The notes under the pieces are model-generated. The model was not told the origin of the DNA. It did not search any database and was given only the letters and a program-made list of their open reading frames with translations. Shown in pieces: positions 63,954 to 64,000 of a stretch of 64,000 bases of DNA. Location: the NCBI GenBank assembly GCA_964016885.1, contig OZ024742.1:174654001-174718000 (forward strand), read 5' to 3'. The position numbers were made by a program, and so were the translations under genes. Origin of the DNA: Eledone cirrhosa (lineage: Eukaryota). Position 1 is the stretch's first letter. Each line of letters opens with the position of its first letter.

Positions 63954-64000
63954 GTGAAGGCGTGTGGCCGAGTGGTTAGAGAATTGGATTTCTAATCGTG
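63954..64000 (+). mobile_element. 5' head of a tRNA-derived SINE (runs off window)
   Basis: GGCGTGTGGCCGAGTGGTTAGAG with A-box TGGCCGAGTGG. Confidence 0.6.

Overview
AT-rich, microsatellite-rich animal DNA; the repeat repertoire suggests an octopus or other cephalopod, but this is inference. No host protein-coding gene is supported. The window is retroelements plus intron/intergenic-like sequence. (1) An (ATT/TAA)n nest at 3.1-19.5 kb holds an intact 1130-aa R4/Dong-type restriction-endonuclease LINE (minus) head-to-head with a decayed full-length Tx1/L1-group LINE (plus). Next to it are a second 5'-fused chimera of the same two families, older R4/Dong fragments, and Deu/Nin-like SINEs whose 3' tail resembles the Tx1 3' end. 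(2) (TA)n-associated Penelope-like material: a decayed RT+GIY-YIG element and five loci with recognisable type I hammerhead ribozyme folds (six copies), several with fold-back inverted repeats, including a perfect 179-bp-arm palindrome. (3) RTE-clade LINEs, a Tc1/mariner deletion derivative, piggyBac-like MITEs and unclassified direct and inverted repeats. All RNA folds and alignments were done by eye.
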